A stretch of DNA of 64,000 nt, from NCBI GenBank assembly GCA_034530875.2, contig JAVRCJ020000005.1, forward strand, positions 177,805-241,804, written 5' to 3'. Shown here piece after piece: positions 18,676 through 28,774 of this stretch. Source of the DNA: Nostoc sp. DedSLP01 (GTDB taxonomy: Bacteria > Cyanobacteriota > Cyanobacteriia > Cyanobacteriales > Nostocaceae). The notes under the pieces were generated by a model. That model made no database searches and had not been told where the DNA came from. It saw only the letters and a list, made by a program, of their open reading frames with translations. Position 1 is the stretch's first letter, and every line of letters starts with the position of its first letter. The position numbers were made by a program, and so were the translations under genes.

Positions 18676-19977
18676 GTGGAAGTTAATAAATCGCTGCTAC
18701 GAATTTTTGGCAGCCCAAAGATGGGATTTTTGTTATTGCTTGGGTTTTCATCAGGGTTGCCATTGTATTTAACCAGCCAAACATTACAAGCATGGTTGAC
18801 CAAAGAAGGAATTAGCTTGGCAGCGATCGCAGCTTTTAGTCTAGTAAAGCTACCCTATTCTTTGAAATTTCTCTGGTCGCCTTTACTAGATAGATTTGTA
18901 CCGCCTTTTTTGGGACGCCGCCGTGGTTGGTTGTTAATTATACAAATAGCATTGCTGTTAAGTATAGCCGCAATGGCTCTAATTAAACCATCCCAAGGGC
19001 TACAACCTTTAATAGTTGCTGCCGTAGCCGTTGCTTTTTTTAGCGCCAGTCAAGACATTCTAGTTGATGCTTACCGTACTGATGTAGTGGAAGTACAAGA
19101 AAGAGGTGCAGGAGCATCTATTTACTTATTGGGTTATCGCATTGCCATTTTAGTAACTGGTTACGTCAGCCTATTTTTGGCAGACAGAATGCCTTGGCAA
19201 GCTGTTTACTTGCTGATGTCGCTGTTGATGCTACTAGGCATAGTAAGTTCTATTTTTGCACCAGAACCAGTCCTACGCGATCGCCCGCCTCAGACTTTAT
19301 CCGCTGCTGTTAAATTACCGTTCATTGAATTTTTTCAGCGTTATGGCTGGCTGCAAGCAATTTTAATTCTGATATTCATTATCATTTACAAGTTGGGGGA
19401 TTCTTTACTCAAGAATGTATCCACTCCATTTTTGTTAGATAAAGGCTTACATTTCACTCAAACTGACATAGCATTTCCTGGCGCACTGGGAATTTTTGCC
19501 ACTATTGTTGGTACCTTGGCAGCAGGAGCAATCATGACCAAAATTGGTGTTAATCGCTCGCTCTGGATCTTCGCTATCCTGCAAGCTGTCGGCAACTTAG
19601 CTTTCTTTGCCTTGGCAGTAGTCGGTAAAAACTTCTATCTCATGTTAGCTGCCGTGAATATAGAACAATTCTGTGCTGGTTTAGAAACCGCTGCTTTTGT
19701 AGCATTTTTGATGAGTCTTTGTAACCAAAGCTTTTCAGCTACACAGTACGCCTTACTTTCTAGTTTGCAGGCTTTTAGTAGAGATATTCTTACGGCTCCA
19801 GCAGGTACATGGGCACAAGCCACTGGCTGGTCTACATTCTTCCTACTGACAGCAATAGCAGCTTTGCCGGGATTACTATTATTGCCATTCTTTGCCCCTT
19901 GGAATCAACAGCCAGTGGTAGTATTATCCAGACCAGGAATTGAGGACGAAGAAGAGGATATATGGGGAATCAAGTAG
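18676..19977 (+). CDS. ampG: AmpG-family muropeptide MFS transporter
   Basis: GFSSGLP, KFLWSP, GRRRGW, SASQDI..DAY, ATQYALLSS. Confidence 0.9.
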   Translation: MEVNKSLLRIFGSPKMGFLLLLGFSSGLPLYLTSQTLQAWLTKEGISLAAIAAFSLVKLPYSLKFLWSPLLDRFVPPFLGRRRGWLLIIQIALLLSIAAMALIKPSQGLQPLIVAAVAVAFFSASQDILVDAYRTDVVEVQERGAGASIYLLGYRIAILVTGYVSLFLADRMPWQAVYLLMSLLMLLGIVSSIFAPEPVLRDRPPQTLSAAVKLPFIEFFQRYGWLQAILILIFIIIYKLGDSLLKNVSTPFLLDKGLHFTQTDIAFPGALGIFATIVGTLAAGAIMTKIGVNRSLWIFAILQAVGNLAFFALAVVGKNFYLMLAAVNIEQFCAGLETAAFVAFLMSLCNQSFSATQYALLSSLQAFSRDILTAPAGTWAQATGWSTFFLLTAIAALPGLLLLPFFAPWNQQPVVVLSRPGIEDEEEDIWGIK

Positions 19978-20381
19978 TTATTGCTGTCGGCACATTCATC
20001 CTCTTAGTTACTGGTTTATTACTGGGGTATGTTCTCTCGCAGTTAGTTCTAGGATTTCTCGCGTTTAACCTCCTAACTTTTTTTGGAACGCTCAGTCTAA
20101 TTTTAATTTTTGGTACGCTTTATTACGTTTTATTTTGGCAATTGCGGAGACAACAGTCTCAGTCATCACCATCACTGAATCCCCCAATACCAAACCAACC
20201 ACAAGAGGATATAGATGTATCTGATAGCTATCTCAAAAATAGGCTAATTGCGAGGTTATCCGGCGATACCGCCGCTGCTGAAAGGTTAATTGAACAAGCA
20301 AAAGAGACTTATCCTGGAATGCCCGAAAATTGGTATTGCGAGAGAGTACTTGATGACTTAGAGGGCGATGGGCAATCGTAG
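19962..20381 (+). CDS. Hypothetical membrane protein
   Basis: Two N-terminal hydrophobic segments and a soluble tail; overlaps the ampG end. Confidence 0.75.
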   Translation: MGNQVVIAVGTFILLVTGLLLGYVLSQLVLGFLAFNLLTFFGTLSLILIFGTLYYVLFWQLRRQQSQSSPSLNPPIPNQPQEDIDVSDSYLKNRLIARLSGDTAAAERLIEQAKETYPGMPENWYCERVLDDLEGDGQS

Positions 20382-20388
20382 CGATCGT

Positions 20389-20477
20389 GGGGCAGGGGAG
20401 ATGGGGGGATGGGGAAGTGTGGGGAGTGTGGGGGGAAAGATTGCTTCCCCATCCTCCCACACCTACTCGCTTGCCCC
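20389..20477. repeat. ~90-bp G-rich/C-rich dispersed repeat, copy 1
   Basis: Close reverse-complement match to 22288-22382. Confidence 0.75.
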
Positions 20478-20574
20478 ATTCCCCATTGACAGAAAATCGC
20501 TAAAATAAACAAGAATACTTTACAAATCTTCAGCTAGATTCTCATAAAAACTGTTAACTGTTTGCAATTAAAAT

Positions 20575-20763
20575 ATGGCTATTTTTCGTCAATACATCGC
20601 TCCACTGCTTGTTGTTTTGGTATTTGTCTTTGCCCTAGTTGCTGTCAGCGCGCGCATCTTTTTACCCTCCGATATGGCAGCACCAGCACCAATTGAACAG
20701 GTGGGCGTCAGTTCTCAATCTAATCCTGCTGATTTACTACCAGCACGTAACTCAGCTAGCTAA
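20575..20763 (+). CDS. Small membrane protein
   Basis: MAIFRQYIAPLLVVLVF..FLPSDMAAPAP; single TM helix. Confidence 0.7.
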   Translation: MAIFRQYIAPLLVVLVFVFALVAVSARIFLPSDMAAPAPIEQVGVSSQSNPADLLPARNSAS

Positions 20764-20780
20764 GCCAATCAACTTTACAA

Positions 20781-21320
20781 GTGTCTGAGCAATTACTACC
20801 TGGGTATTTTATTCGCCGTGGCTCAACTTTAGATCGATCGCTGCTGCTAAAATTCATGCAGCGCACTTACCAGGATCTTTTTCCTAACCAGGATTTTTCT
20901 CACCTAGAACAAACAGTCAAGCAATATTTCTCCAGCGACACACCCTTGTGGTGGGTCGAGGAAGACGCGGAGAGTGGGAGACACGGGGACGCCGAGATTA
21001 ATTTCCCCGCGTCCCCGCCTCCCCCTGTCTTTGCGTCCTCTTCCCCCATCGCCTGCGTCTGGGTGGGCAATGCCATAGACCAAGTACAGGGTAACCGTCA
21101 TGCCCATATCTTTGTCCTGTATGTTGCGCCAGAACATCGGCGGCGAGGTATTGGTACAGCCTTGATGCAATATGTGGAAAATTGGGCGATGCAAAGAGGC
21201 GATCGCCAGATTGGGTTACAAGTTTTTCAATCAAACGCGCCTGCATTAAATCTTTACAATCAGTTAGGTTATCAAACCCAATCGCTGTGGATGGTAAAAT
21301 TCCTGAGTGCAGAAAAATAA
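20781..21320 (+). CDS. GNAT-family N-acetyltransferase
   Basis: LYVAPEHRRRGIGTAL, NAPALNLYNQLGY. Confidence 0.9.
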   Translation: MSEQLLPGYFIRRGSTLDRSLLLKFMQRTYQDLFPNQDFSHLEQTVKQYFSSDTPLWWVEEDAESGRHGDAEINFPASPPPPVFASSSPIACVWVGNAIDQVQGNRHAHIFVLYVAPEHRRRGIGTALMQYVENWAMQRGDRQIGLQVFQSNAPALNLYNQLGYQTQSLWMVKFLSAEK

Positions 21321-21341
21321 ACTAGTAATCACCAGTATTCA

Positions 21342-21468
21342 CAACGAGTTTTTCAATGTGATAACTGTAACTTCGAGTCTGGCGGAGATTTCAACGCTGG
21401 GATAAATTTGCAGCAGGCGGCCAGATTGGTCGTCTGAGCTTGTGGACTAGATAGTGCCTGCCGACACT
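21342..21468 (+). pseudogene. TnpB C-terminal remnant (IS607/IS605-type)
   Basis: Reads QRVFQCDNCNFESGGDFNAGINLQQAARLVV*ACGLDSA, a decayed CxxC..DRDxNAxxN tail. Confidence 0.6.
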
Positions 21469-21514
21469 ATTAGCATACTTGCGGGATTTTTTTGGATCGG
21501 ATTGAAATGAAATT

Positions 21515-22273
21515 ATGTATGACGAAGACGATCTCAGCCTACTTGATGCAGAGGAGGACTTAGAAAGCCCTTTAGATAAAATAGAGCCGCTAAGCGACTT
21601 AAGAGAAGTGCCTAAGCCCGATCCAGAAGTCATGCTAGCCCTGCTGGAAAATCCCCAACCCCAGCAAAGAATGTTAGCAGCGCGTGCCTTTTGCGATCTT
21701 GAAGAACCTCGGGCGACTCCTCTACTGATTCGGTTATTAACTGATACCTGTCCCTTAGTTCGGGTGAGTGCAGCTTATGGCATCGGACGCAATCCCAGTT
21801 CTGAGGCAGTAAGTCCTTTAATTGCTCAATTGAATCAAGATTGGAATGGCTATGTGCGTAAAGGCATCGTTTGGGCTTTAGGAAACTGTCGCGATCGCCG
21901 TTGTTTAGCACCTCTGGCAGACGCCCTAAGAACTGACATTTCCGCAGTGCGTTTGTGGGCTGCTAGCGCCCTAGCACAAATGGCAGAAGTGGGTTATGAA
22001 GCAATTATTGGAGCAATACCACCCTTGATAGGAGCCTTAGTCAATGACCCAGTAGCAGCAGTACGCAGTAACTCTGCTTGGGCAATCGGTCAATTGTGCC
22101 GCGAGTTGCCTTCTAACGTAGTTTATGCTACAGCGATCGATGCTTTAATTCAAGCCTTTGCCGAAGACCAAGATTTGGGAGTAAGGGAAGACGCCAAAGC
22201 CTCCCTCTTAGGAGTAGGCGATCCGCGTGGCTTGCAGTTGATTGAAACCCTGGAACAAGAGGGGTGGTTTTGA
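21515..22273 (+). CDS. HEAT-repeat (PBS lyase-like) protein
   Basis: Repeated L..D....VR..AA.ALG units. Confidence 0.9.
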   Translation: MYDEDDLSLLDAEEDLESPLDKIEPLSDLREVPKPDPEVMLALLENPQPQQRMLAARAFCDLEEPRATPLLIRLLTDTCPLVRVSAAYGIGRNPSSEAVSPLIAQLNQDWNGYVRKGIVWALGNCRDRRCLAPLADALRTDISAVRLWAASALAQMAEVGYEAIIGAIPPLIGALVNDPVAAVRSNSAWAIGQLCRELPSNVVYATAIDALIQAFAEDQDLGVREDAKASLLGVGDPRGLQLIETLEQEGWF

Positions 22274-22287
22274 TTTATTTGGGCATA

Positions 22288-22382
22288 GGGCAAGTGACGA
22301 GTGTGGGAGGTGTGGGAGGATGGGGAAGAAATCTTTCCCCCCTAGTCCGCACACTTCCCTATCTCCCCATCTCCCTCTGCCC
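22288..22382. repeat. ~90-bp G-rich/C-rich dispersed repeat, copy 2 (inverted)
   Basis: Reverse complement of 20389-20477; lies between convergent genes. Confidence 0.75.
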
Positions 22383-22790
22383 TTATTCATTTTCACCTAC
22401 AGGTTTGACCAAATTGAGGTCATAGGGGCGTTCTGTATCGTCCTCACCCAAATATTCGCCATTTTGAATCTCTAGAATCACTAAGGGAATATGACCGGGA
22501 TTTTCTACCTTATGCAGCGTTGCAGCGGGAACATAAGTTGACTGGTTGCGATTGAGTAGTACTTCATCCTCACCACAAGTAACTTTCGCTACGCCTGAGA
22601 CTACAACCCAGTGTTCGTTGCGATGATAATGAATTTGTGGTTTAATGCCATGCCTGGGCTTGATTTCAACGCGGCTAATTCTATAGGTATCTCCCTCCTC
22701 AATCACTTCCACGTTACCCCAGTATCGGGCACCGGAATGTGAAGACGCTTCATTAATATTTGACTGAGTATTATTTTCATTCAGACTCAT
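22383..22790 (-). CDS. Cupin, mannose-6-phosphate isomerase type II C-terminal-like
   Basis: QIHYHRNEHWVVVSG, LHKVENPG, EIQNGEYLGEDD; start uncertain. Confidence 0.85.
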   Translation of the reverse strand: MSLNENNTQSNINEASSHSGARYWGNVEVIEEGDTYRISRVEIKPRHGIKPQIHYHRNEHWVVVSGVAKVTCGEDEVLLNRNQSTYVPAATLHKVENPGHIPLVILEIQNGEYLGEDDTERPYDLNLVKPVGENE

Positions 22791-22959
22791 AACTAATTTT
22801 TCAACCCAATGATTATTAATATTTGTCAATAATCTATCTTAAAGAGACTAAATTTGGATAAACATTCTGATGAAAAAAGGCAATATACATCAATAGGTTT
22901 TGGGAAAGGGGAAAGGGTGGATTTCAACCTTTACCCTGGGAAGTTCCCTTGGGAGACTG

Positions 22960-24309
22960 CTAGCTTCCCGTATACTGAATTCTATAGATGCGGTTATTGG
23001 CTTCGTCTGTAACTAGGAGGCTGCCGTCTGGTAACGTTAGTAAACCGACGGGTCGTCCCCAAGTAGTTGGTACAGAAGCATCGAGCAAAAATCCGGAAAG
23101 AAAATCTTCATAATAGCCTTGTGGTTGTCCTTTGGCATTGAACGGAACAAACACAACTTTGTAACCGGTGCCGCGATCGCGGTTCCAAGAACCACGAAAA
23201 GCAACAAAAGCACCGTTACGGTACTTTTGTGGAAATGTTTTCCCATCATAAAACTGCAAACCCAAAGCTGCTGAGTGCGCCTGAAACAGTACGTTCGGCG
23301 TTTTGGTTTTAGCTGCTAAATCTGGACGTTTGCTTTGGTCGTTAGTTTTTTGACGCGGATCGAGATTGTCTCCTGTCAAGTAAGTATAAGGCCAGCCGTA
23401 GAATTCCCCCTGGCGGATGCGTGTTAAATAATCTGGTACTAAATCATCCCCAATTCCGTCTCGTTCGTTAACTGTAGTGTAAAGTTCCTTAGTTACAGGA
23501 TGAAAATCTAGACCAACAGGGTTACGCAGACCAAAAGCGAAAGTCTGCTGCTGGGAACCATCCAAATTCATCACCTGCACTGAAGCCCGTGGTAAGGGTT
23601 CTTCATCGACGTTGGTTCCCGAACCAACTGAAACGTATAATTTATTTCCATCAGGTGAGACAACAACATTGCGCGTCCAATGATTGTTATAGCCTTCAGC
23701 AGGCAAGTCAGCAATTTTTTGCCCTTTGTCTGTAATCTGGTTTTGACCTTGAGTATAAGGAAAACGCAATACGGCATCGGTGTTTCCGAGAAAGAAGGAA
23801 TCGCCTGCAAAAGCCATACCAAAGGGTCGATTGAGTCCGTTGTCTCTAGTAGCAAAGGTTTCTCGAACTTCCGCTACACCATCACCGTCGCGATCGCCCA
23901 ACAAACGAATGCGATTTTGACTGGTTTCAGTCACCAATACATCACCAGTAGGAGTTAAAGCTAGCCAGCGTGGGGCATTTAAACCTTCGGCAAAGACGTT
24001 AACTCTAAAACCTTGTGGGACGCGTAATAGCGGATTTTCCGGAATGGACACAACTTCAGGTCGCTTGGAGGCACTTTCTGTTGCGAAGGGCGCTGGTAAG
24101 TTTTTCACATTGATGCGAATAGGTTGAGGTGAAAATACTTCAGTCCGAATGATATTTTTCGATTCCGATTGTGTAGGATTTTGTGCCAGATCGACAGAAG
24201 GTGCAGATGTTTGCGGTGGTGGATTATCAGAGGAAGCGCGAGTCTGATTACAGGCTGCTACCAAGGTGAGTAAAAAAACTGGCAGCATCAAACGCGCAAA
24301 AACTTTCAT
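22960..24309 (-). CDS. Sorbosone/PQQ-dependent sugar dehydrogenase family lipoprotein
   Basis: Lipobox VAAC, HWTR, GLRNPVG, NERD, YGWPY, GSWNR, GRPVG. Confidence 0.9.
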   Translation of the reverse strand: MKVFARLMLPVFLLTLVAACNQTRASSDNPPPQTSAPSVDLAQNPTQSESKNIIRTEVFSPQPIRINVKNLPAPFATESASKRPEVVSIPENPLLRVPQGFRVNVFAEGLNAPRWLALTPTGDVLVTETSQNRIRLLGDRDGDGVAEVRETFATRDNGLNRPFGMAFAGDSFFLGNTDAVLRFPYTQGQNQITDKGQKIADLPAEGYNNHWTRNVVVSPDGNKLYVSVGSGTNVDEEPLPRASVQVMNLDGSQQQTFAFGLRNPVGLDFHPVTKELYTTVNERDGIGDDLVPDYLTRIRQGEFYGWPYTYLTGDNLDPRQKTNDQSKRPDLAAKTKTPNVLFQAHSAALGLQFYDGKTFPQKYRNGAFVAFRGSWNRDRGTGYKVVFVPFNAKGQPQGYYEDFLSGFLLDASVPTTWGRPVGLLTLPDGSLLVTDEANNRIYRIQYTGS

Positions 24310-24480
24310 GGCAATAAATACGATACACTTCTTTATACTTTAGGCTTGAAACTTAACCCTCGTCGCCAGTCTAAAGTCCGATTTTTCTTGAAGGAACTAG
24401 GGACTGAGGAACAAAATTAGAAATGCTATTTTCCGATACCCACTCACTAATCCCAATCCCCAGCCACCAGTCACCAATTC

Positions 24481-25692
24481 TTAAGCGTATAAATATTTAT
24501 TTGTTAATAAAAAATTTTCAAATTCCGAAGCTGGTAAAGGACGACTAAATAGAAAACCTTGCATGTGATCGCAGTTGTGTTGCCGTAAAAAAGCCAGTTC
24601 TGCCTCGGTTTCCACACCTTCAGCAACTGTATGTAGGTTGAGATTGTGGGCCATTTGAATTAATGCTTTGGTAATCGCAGATTTTTGGGGATCGTTGGCA
24701 ACATTATGAATAAAGTAACGGTCAATTTTTAAAATATTAATTGGTAAATTTTTCAGATATATTAAAGAAGAATAACCTGTACCAAAATCATCGATCGCTA
24801 TTTTCACGCCCAGATAACGCAATTTATTCATAGTAGCGATCGCACTATTTACATCTTGCATAATCATACTTTCAGTCAGCTCTAATTCTAAGAAATCTCC
24901 TTGCAAACCATTGCTTTCTATAAAATTCACTATTTTCTGAAGAAAATCTGGTTGATTAAATTCCAGAACTGATAAATTTACCGCAATATTTAACGAATCA
25001 ATTCCGATATCTCGCCATTGTCTCATTTGTTCGCAGACTTTTTTCAATACCCATTTTCCAATAGGAACAATTAAACCTGTAGACTCTGCCAAAGGAATAA
25101 ATTCTGTGGGATAAATTATTCCTAATTCTGGGCTTTGCCAGCGCAATAAACTTTCAGCGGCTACTATCTTCCCAGAGGCAATATCGACTATTGGCTGATA
25201 ATAAATCTCAAATTCTTGAAAATTATGTTGTTTTATAGCTCGATGCAAGCTAATTTCTAATAACTGCATTTTAGGAGACAAGTTCTGAATTGTAGTCTGA
25301 GTAGATAAATATCTTTTTAAAGTAGCGTATTTTTCCAACCTGTTCATAATGGCACTTAATAACTCCGCCCGAGTGAATGGCTTAGTTATATAGTCATCCG
25401 CACCCAGATCCATACCTCGACGGAAGTCAGATTTGGCAGATTTGGCAGTGAGAAAAATGAAGGGAATTGTTGCGGTTGTTGGGTCTTGACGTAATACTGT
25501 TAGCACCCCATAACCGTCAATTTCTGGCATCATCATGTCACACAAAATTAAATCCGGAACTTCGGAAATAGCCAAATTTAACCCGATTCTGCCATTGGCA
25601 GCAGCAAGAGTTTCAAAATCTTCAGCTTCTAGTAAATCTAAAATGTTTTCTCTAACTGATTCTTCATCTTCAATTATTAATATTTTTGGCAT
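24481..25692 (-). CDS. Response regulator with EAL-type c-di-GMP phosphodiesterase domain
   Basis: REC (IIEDE, CDMMMP, KPF) plus YQP..ESLLRW, ELTES, DDFGTGYS, EGVE, QGFLFSRP. Confidence 0.92.
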   Translation of the reverse strand: MPKILIIEDEESVRENILDLLEAEDFETLAAANGRIGLNLAISEVPDLILCDMMMPEIDGYGVLTVLRQDPTTATIPFIFLTAKSAKSDFRRGMDLGADDYITKPFTRAELLSAIMNRLEKYATLKRYLSTQTTIQNLSPKMQLLEISLHRAIKQHNFQEFEIYYQPIVDIASGKIVAAESLLRWQSPELGIIYPTEFIPLAESTGLIVPIGKWVLKKVCEQMRQWRDIGIDSLNIAVNLSVLEFNQPDFLQKIVNFIESNGLQGDFLELELTESMIMQDVNSAIATMNKLRYLGVKIAIDDFGTGYSSLIYLKNLPINILKIDRYFIHNVANDPQKSAITKALIQMAHNLNLHTVAEGVETEAELAFLRQHNCDHMQGFLFSRPLPASEFENFLLTNKYLYA

Positions 25693-25705
25693 AAACAATT
25701 CCAAT

Positions 25706-28390
25706 CTATATTTTATTATTTAATGATATTTTGACAGTAAACTTTGTACCCAAGCTGACTGTACTTTTAACAAATATTTCACCTTGATGTAGTTCTAAAC
25801 ACTTTTTGACAATTGTCATTCCTAATCCAGTACCTAGTATATTGCCTACATTTCTGGCACGATGAAACGATTCAAATAAAAAAGGTAAATCTTCTTCTGG
25901 AATGCCAATTCCCCAATCTTGAATTTCAAATACTGCTTGTCCATTTTTGCAACTGAGACTGAACTTAACAATGCTATCATCGGCAGAATATTTGATTGCA
26001 TTTGATAATAAGTTATTCAAAATGTGTGCTAACAATTGAGCATCCATACAGCAAGGTATAGATTCATATTGACTGATGAAAGAAATCAAGCGTTGATTGT
26101 TGAGATTCATCTGTATTTCTTCCACCAGTTTTTGACAGTATTTGACTAAATCAAAGGATGTTGGTTTATACTCGAACTTTCCGGTTCCTGCTTTGCCGAT
26201 AACTAACACATCATTCAACATTTCCGTCATCCGTTTGACGGCGGTTTGAATGCGATGTAAATGAGTGAGTTGTTTTTCTTGGGTCCATTTGTGGCGGTAG
26301 TGTTCCAATAACTCACAAGAAGAAAGTATAGTACTCAAGGGGGTGCGGAATTCATGAGAAGTCATGGAGACAAAGCGAGATTTAAGTTCGCTAAGTTGTT
26401 TTTCTTTTTCTAGCGCTATTCTGAGTTCTTGTTCTAATTGCTTGCGTTCTGTAATATCTACTAAATAACCCACAATTTCTATAGGGTTACCAGTTCGATC
26501 GCGAACTAGCTTACCTTGGTCGTATATCCAACGATAAGTACCGTCTTGGTGTAAAAATCGGTATTCGATTGTGTACTGTTCGTGCTCTAATATCTTTGAA
26601 AGTTGAGCAAACACTGGGTTGATGTCTTCTGGATGAATATGAGTAGCCCAAAAATTAGAATTTTCTACAAATCTTCGTGCTTGATAGCCCGTAACTGTCG
26701 TGACATTTTCGCTAATAAATGTTATGCCAAAGTCTCCATAAATCTTGCAAGTATAGATGACTGCTGGGCTAAAAGAAACTAAATATTGCAGCTGTTGTTG
26801 ACTTAAAAATAGTGCAGCTTCTTGTTGCTTGCGCTTTGTAATATCTCGAACCATACCGTGATATCCACAAAATTTACCTTCAGCGTCAAAGATTGGAACT
26901 CCGCTGGTTTCGAGAACAACTAAATAACCATCTTGATGGATATTAATATTTTCAAGGCATTTAAAGGGTTGTTGTGCAGCAGCAATGGGTGCAAAAATCT
27001 GAATCACCCGTTCAGCTTCTTTAGGTAACATCAAATCGAAGGGTGTTTTACCCAAAATCTCTGTTGCTTCATAACCTAAAATTTCACGTATGTTCGGGCT
27101 TATATATGTATAGACTGTATTTTCATCAACTTCCCATACCCAATCGCTGCTAGCTTCAACTAAGTTACGGAATCTTTCTTCCCTGTGTTTGAGTACCTGT
27201 TGGGCAAGTTTGCATTTTAAGAGTGCTTGTTGTTTAACAATACTAAAAATCTCATAAATATTACTCAGATAAATTAAAAATTTCCCTTGACGATCGCATA
27301 TTAGCAAAGCACGTAAAAAATACCAGCCATAGCTTTTTTGAGTTTCTCTCAGCCAAGCTTCAGCGATGGTGAGAAATATTTGGCCAAAGTTGCAATTACA
27401 ACCCATGAAAATGGAGTTTCGATCCTTCGGGCAAACAGCCTCCTCAATAGTATCCATAACTAACTGCAACATTTGTTGGGATTGCCGCAGTTGTTCCTTT
27501 TTTGCCTGTACACGGGAGGTAGTAATATCCACAGAAACTCCAATGAAGCGGGCTAGTTGGGCTGTAGTATTTTTACGTACTATAACGCGCCTTAGTAACC
27601 ATTTGTACTCAGACAAGTGCCTCTCAAAGAAAATCCGATATTCTAATTGATATGAAGTAATACTAGCGATCGCGCAGGAGTTGCTATCAGCAAATTTTTG
27701 GCAATTCTCTGGATCTAGCAAGGTCTCTAGGCTAGATTTACAAACAAAATTTCCCAAAGCCTTAGTATCTCGGCTCCTATCTACCAGTAATGCCGTATCA
27801 TCAATGATACAAAAGCACTGTTCGCTCTCACATGGTATCTCAAAAGCTGTGGTATCGCGATCGCTGTGGGTGAATTCGTAAATTTTTTCAGACTCATTGG
27901 CAGCAAAAGCCGCATTCGCTACCCCTGACTCAAGCAAATCCCGTTGTTCCTGAGGTTGCTGATAGCGATCTGTAGGTTTTTCTATTCCTGGCGTTAGCCC
28001 TTGACAAATACTCTCAGGAGTGATTATACCAATTACTTGACCTTGGTTATCTACAACTGGCAGTAAATGCAACTGCTGTTGGCACAATAGTGACAGGACA
28101 CAGGAAATTTCCTGAAATTCTGACATCTTGAATGTTTTCACCGAAGTATGCATCACCTCAGAAATCTTCGCTGTTTTCAAGTCAGTTCCTGAAGCGATAA
28201 GCTTTACGATATCTTGCTTTGTCAAGCATCCCACTAAGTGCGAACAAGACCCCACCAAGACACTTTTGTTCTGTGCTGCCATCAGAGCGATCGTATCCGA
28301 TAGCGATGTTTCCGGCACAACCATTAGTGGCGACCAGTCAATAATTGACTCTAAGCTTTCTAGCTCGATAAACTGAGATAAAGCTTGCAT
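25706..28390 (-). CDS. CBS-PAS-PAS sensor histidine kinase
   Basis: CBS pair, two PAS/PAC domains, SHEFRTPL, NLLSNAIKY, DWGIGI, GTGLG. Confidence 0.9.
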   Translation of the reverse strand: MQALSQFIELESLESIIDWSPLMVVPETSLSDTIALMAAQNKSVLVGSCSHLVGCLTKQDIVKLIASGTDLKTAKISEVMHTSVKTFKMSEFQEISCVLSLLCQQQLHLLPVVDNQGQVIGIITPESICQGLTPGIEKPTDRYQQPQEQRDLLESGVANAAFAANESEKIYEFTHSDRDTTAFEIPCESEQCFCIIDDTALLVDRSRDTKALGNFVCKSSLETLLDPENCQKFADSNSCAIASITSYQLEYRIFFERHLSEYKWLLRRVIVRKNTTAQLARFIGVSVDITTSRVQAKKEQLRQSQQMLQLVMDTIEEAVCPKDRNSIFMGCNCNFGQIFLTIAEAWLRETQKSYGWYFLRALLICDRQGKFLIYLSNIYEIFSIVKQQALLKCKLAQQVLKHREERFRNLVEASSDWVWEVDENTVYTYISPNIREILGYEATEILGKTPFDLMLPKEAERVIQIFAPIAAAQQPFKCLENINIHQDGYLVVLETSGVPIFDAEGKFCGYHGMVRDITKRKQQEAALFLSQQQLQYLVSFSPAVIYTCKIYGDFGITFISENVTTVTGYQARRFVENSNFWATHIHPEDINPVFAQLSKILEHEQYTIEYRFLHQDGTYRWIYDQGKLVRDRTGNPIEIVGYLVDITERKQLEQELRIALEKEKQLSELKSRFVSMTSHEFRTPLSTILSSCELLEHYRHKWTQEKQLTHLHRIQTAVKRMTEMLNDVLVIGKAGTGKFEYKPTSFDLVKYCQKLVEEIQMNLNNQRLISFISQYESIPCCMDAQLLAHILNNLLSNAIKYSADDSIVKFSLSCKNGQAVFEIQDWGIGIPEEDLPFLFESFHRARNVGNILGTGLGMTIVKKCLELHQGEIFVKSTVSLGTKFTVKISLNNKI

Positions 28391-28734
28391 AGATTATTAC
28401 TATAGCTATTATCAAGAGATAGTTATCTAAAGCTGTTCACTTAAGCATTTTCTAATATTTTGGCGTGAAACAATTAGTAATTTTTGAAGTATAAACACTG
28501 TAAAAATAGTGTTAAGAAATACAAAGCAGCTGTTATGCAGCTACTTGGGAGCTGCGGACTCGGAACAGACAAAGGAGCAGAGGTCTAGGGAAAGGCTTGC
28601 TCTAACAAAATTTATGGGGTGTTGCAGGAGGCAGGAGGCAGGAGGCAGAAGGTAAAACTATTGCTATTCCTAGCATTCACCCTTGTCATTATGTCCTAAC
28701 CTCTATGACTACGGCTATAGTTATTAATTGTTCT

Positions 28735-28767
28735 CCCCATTCCCCATTCCCCATTCCCCATTCCCCA
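28735..28767. repeat. STRR (CCCCATT)n
   Basis: Tandem heptamers. Confidence 0.75.
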
Positions 28768-28774
28768 GTCTCTA

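Noticed and set aside
28560..28720. Possible MITE with GCAGGAG repeats
   Set aside because: Only one plausible end seen; boundaries cannot be supported
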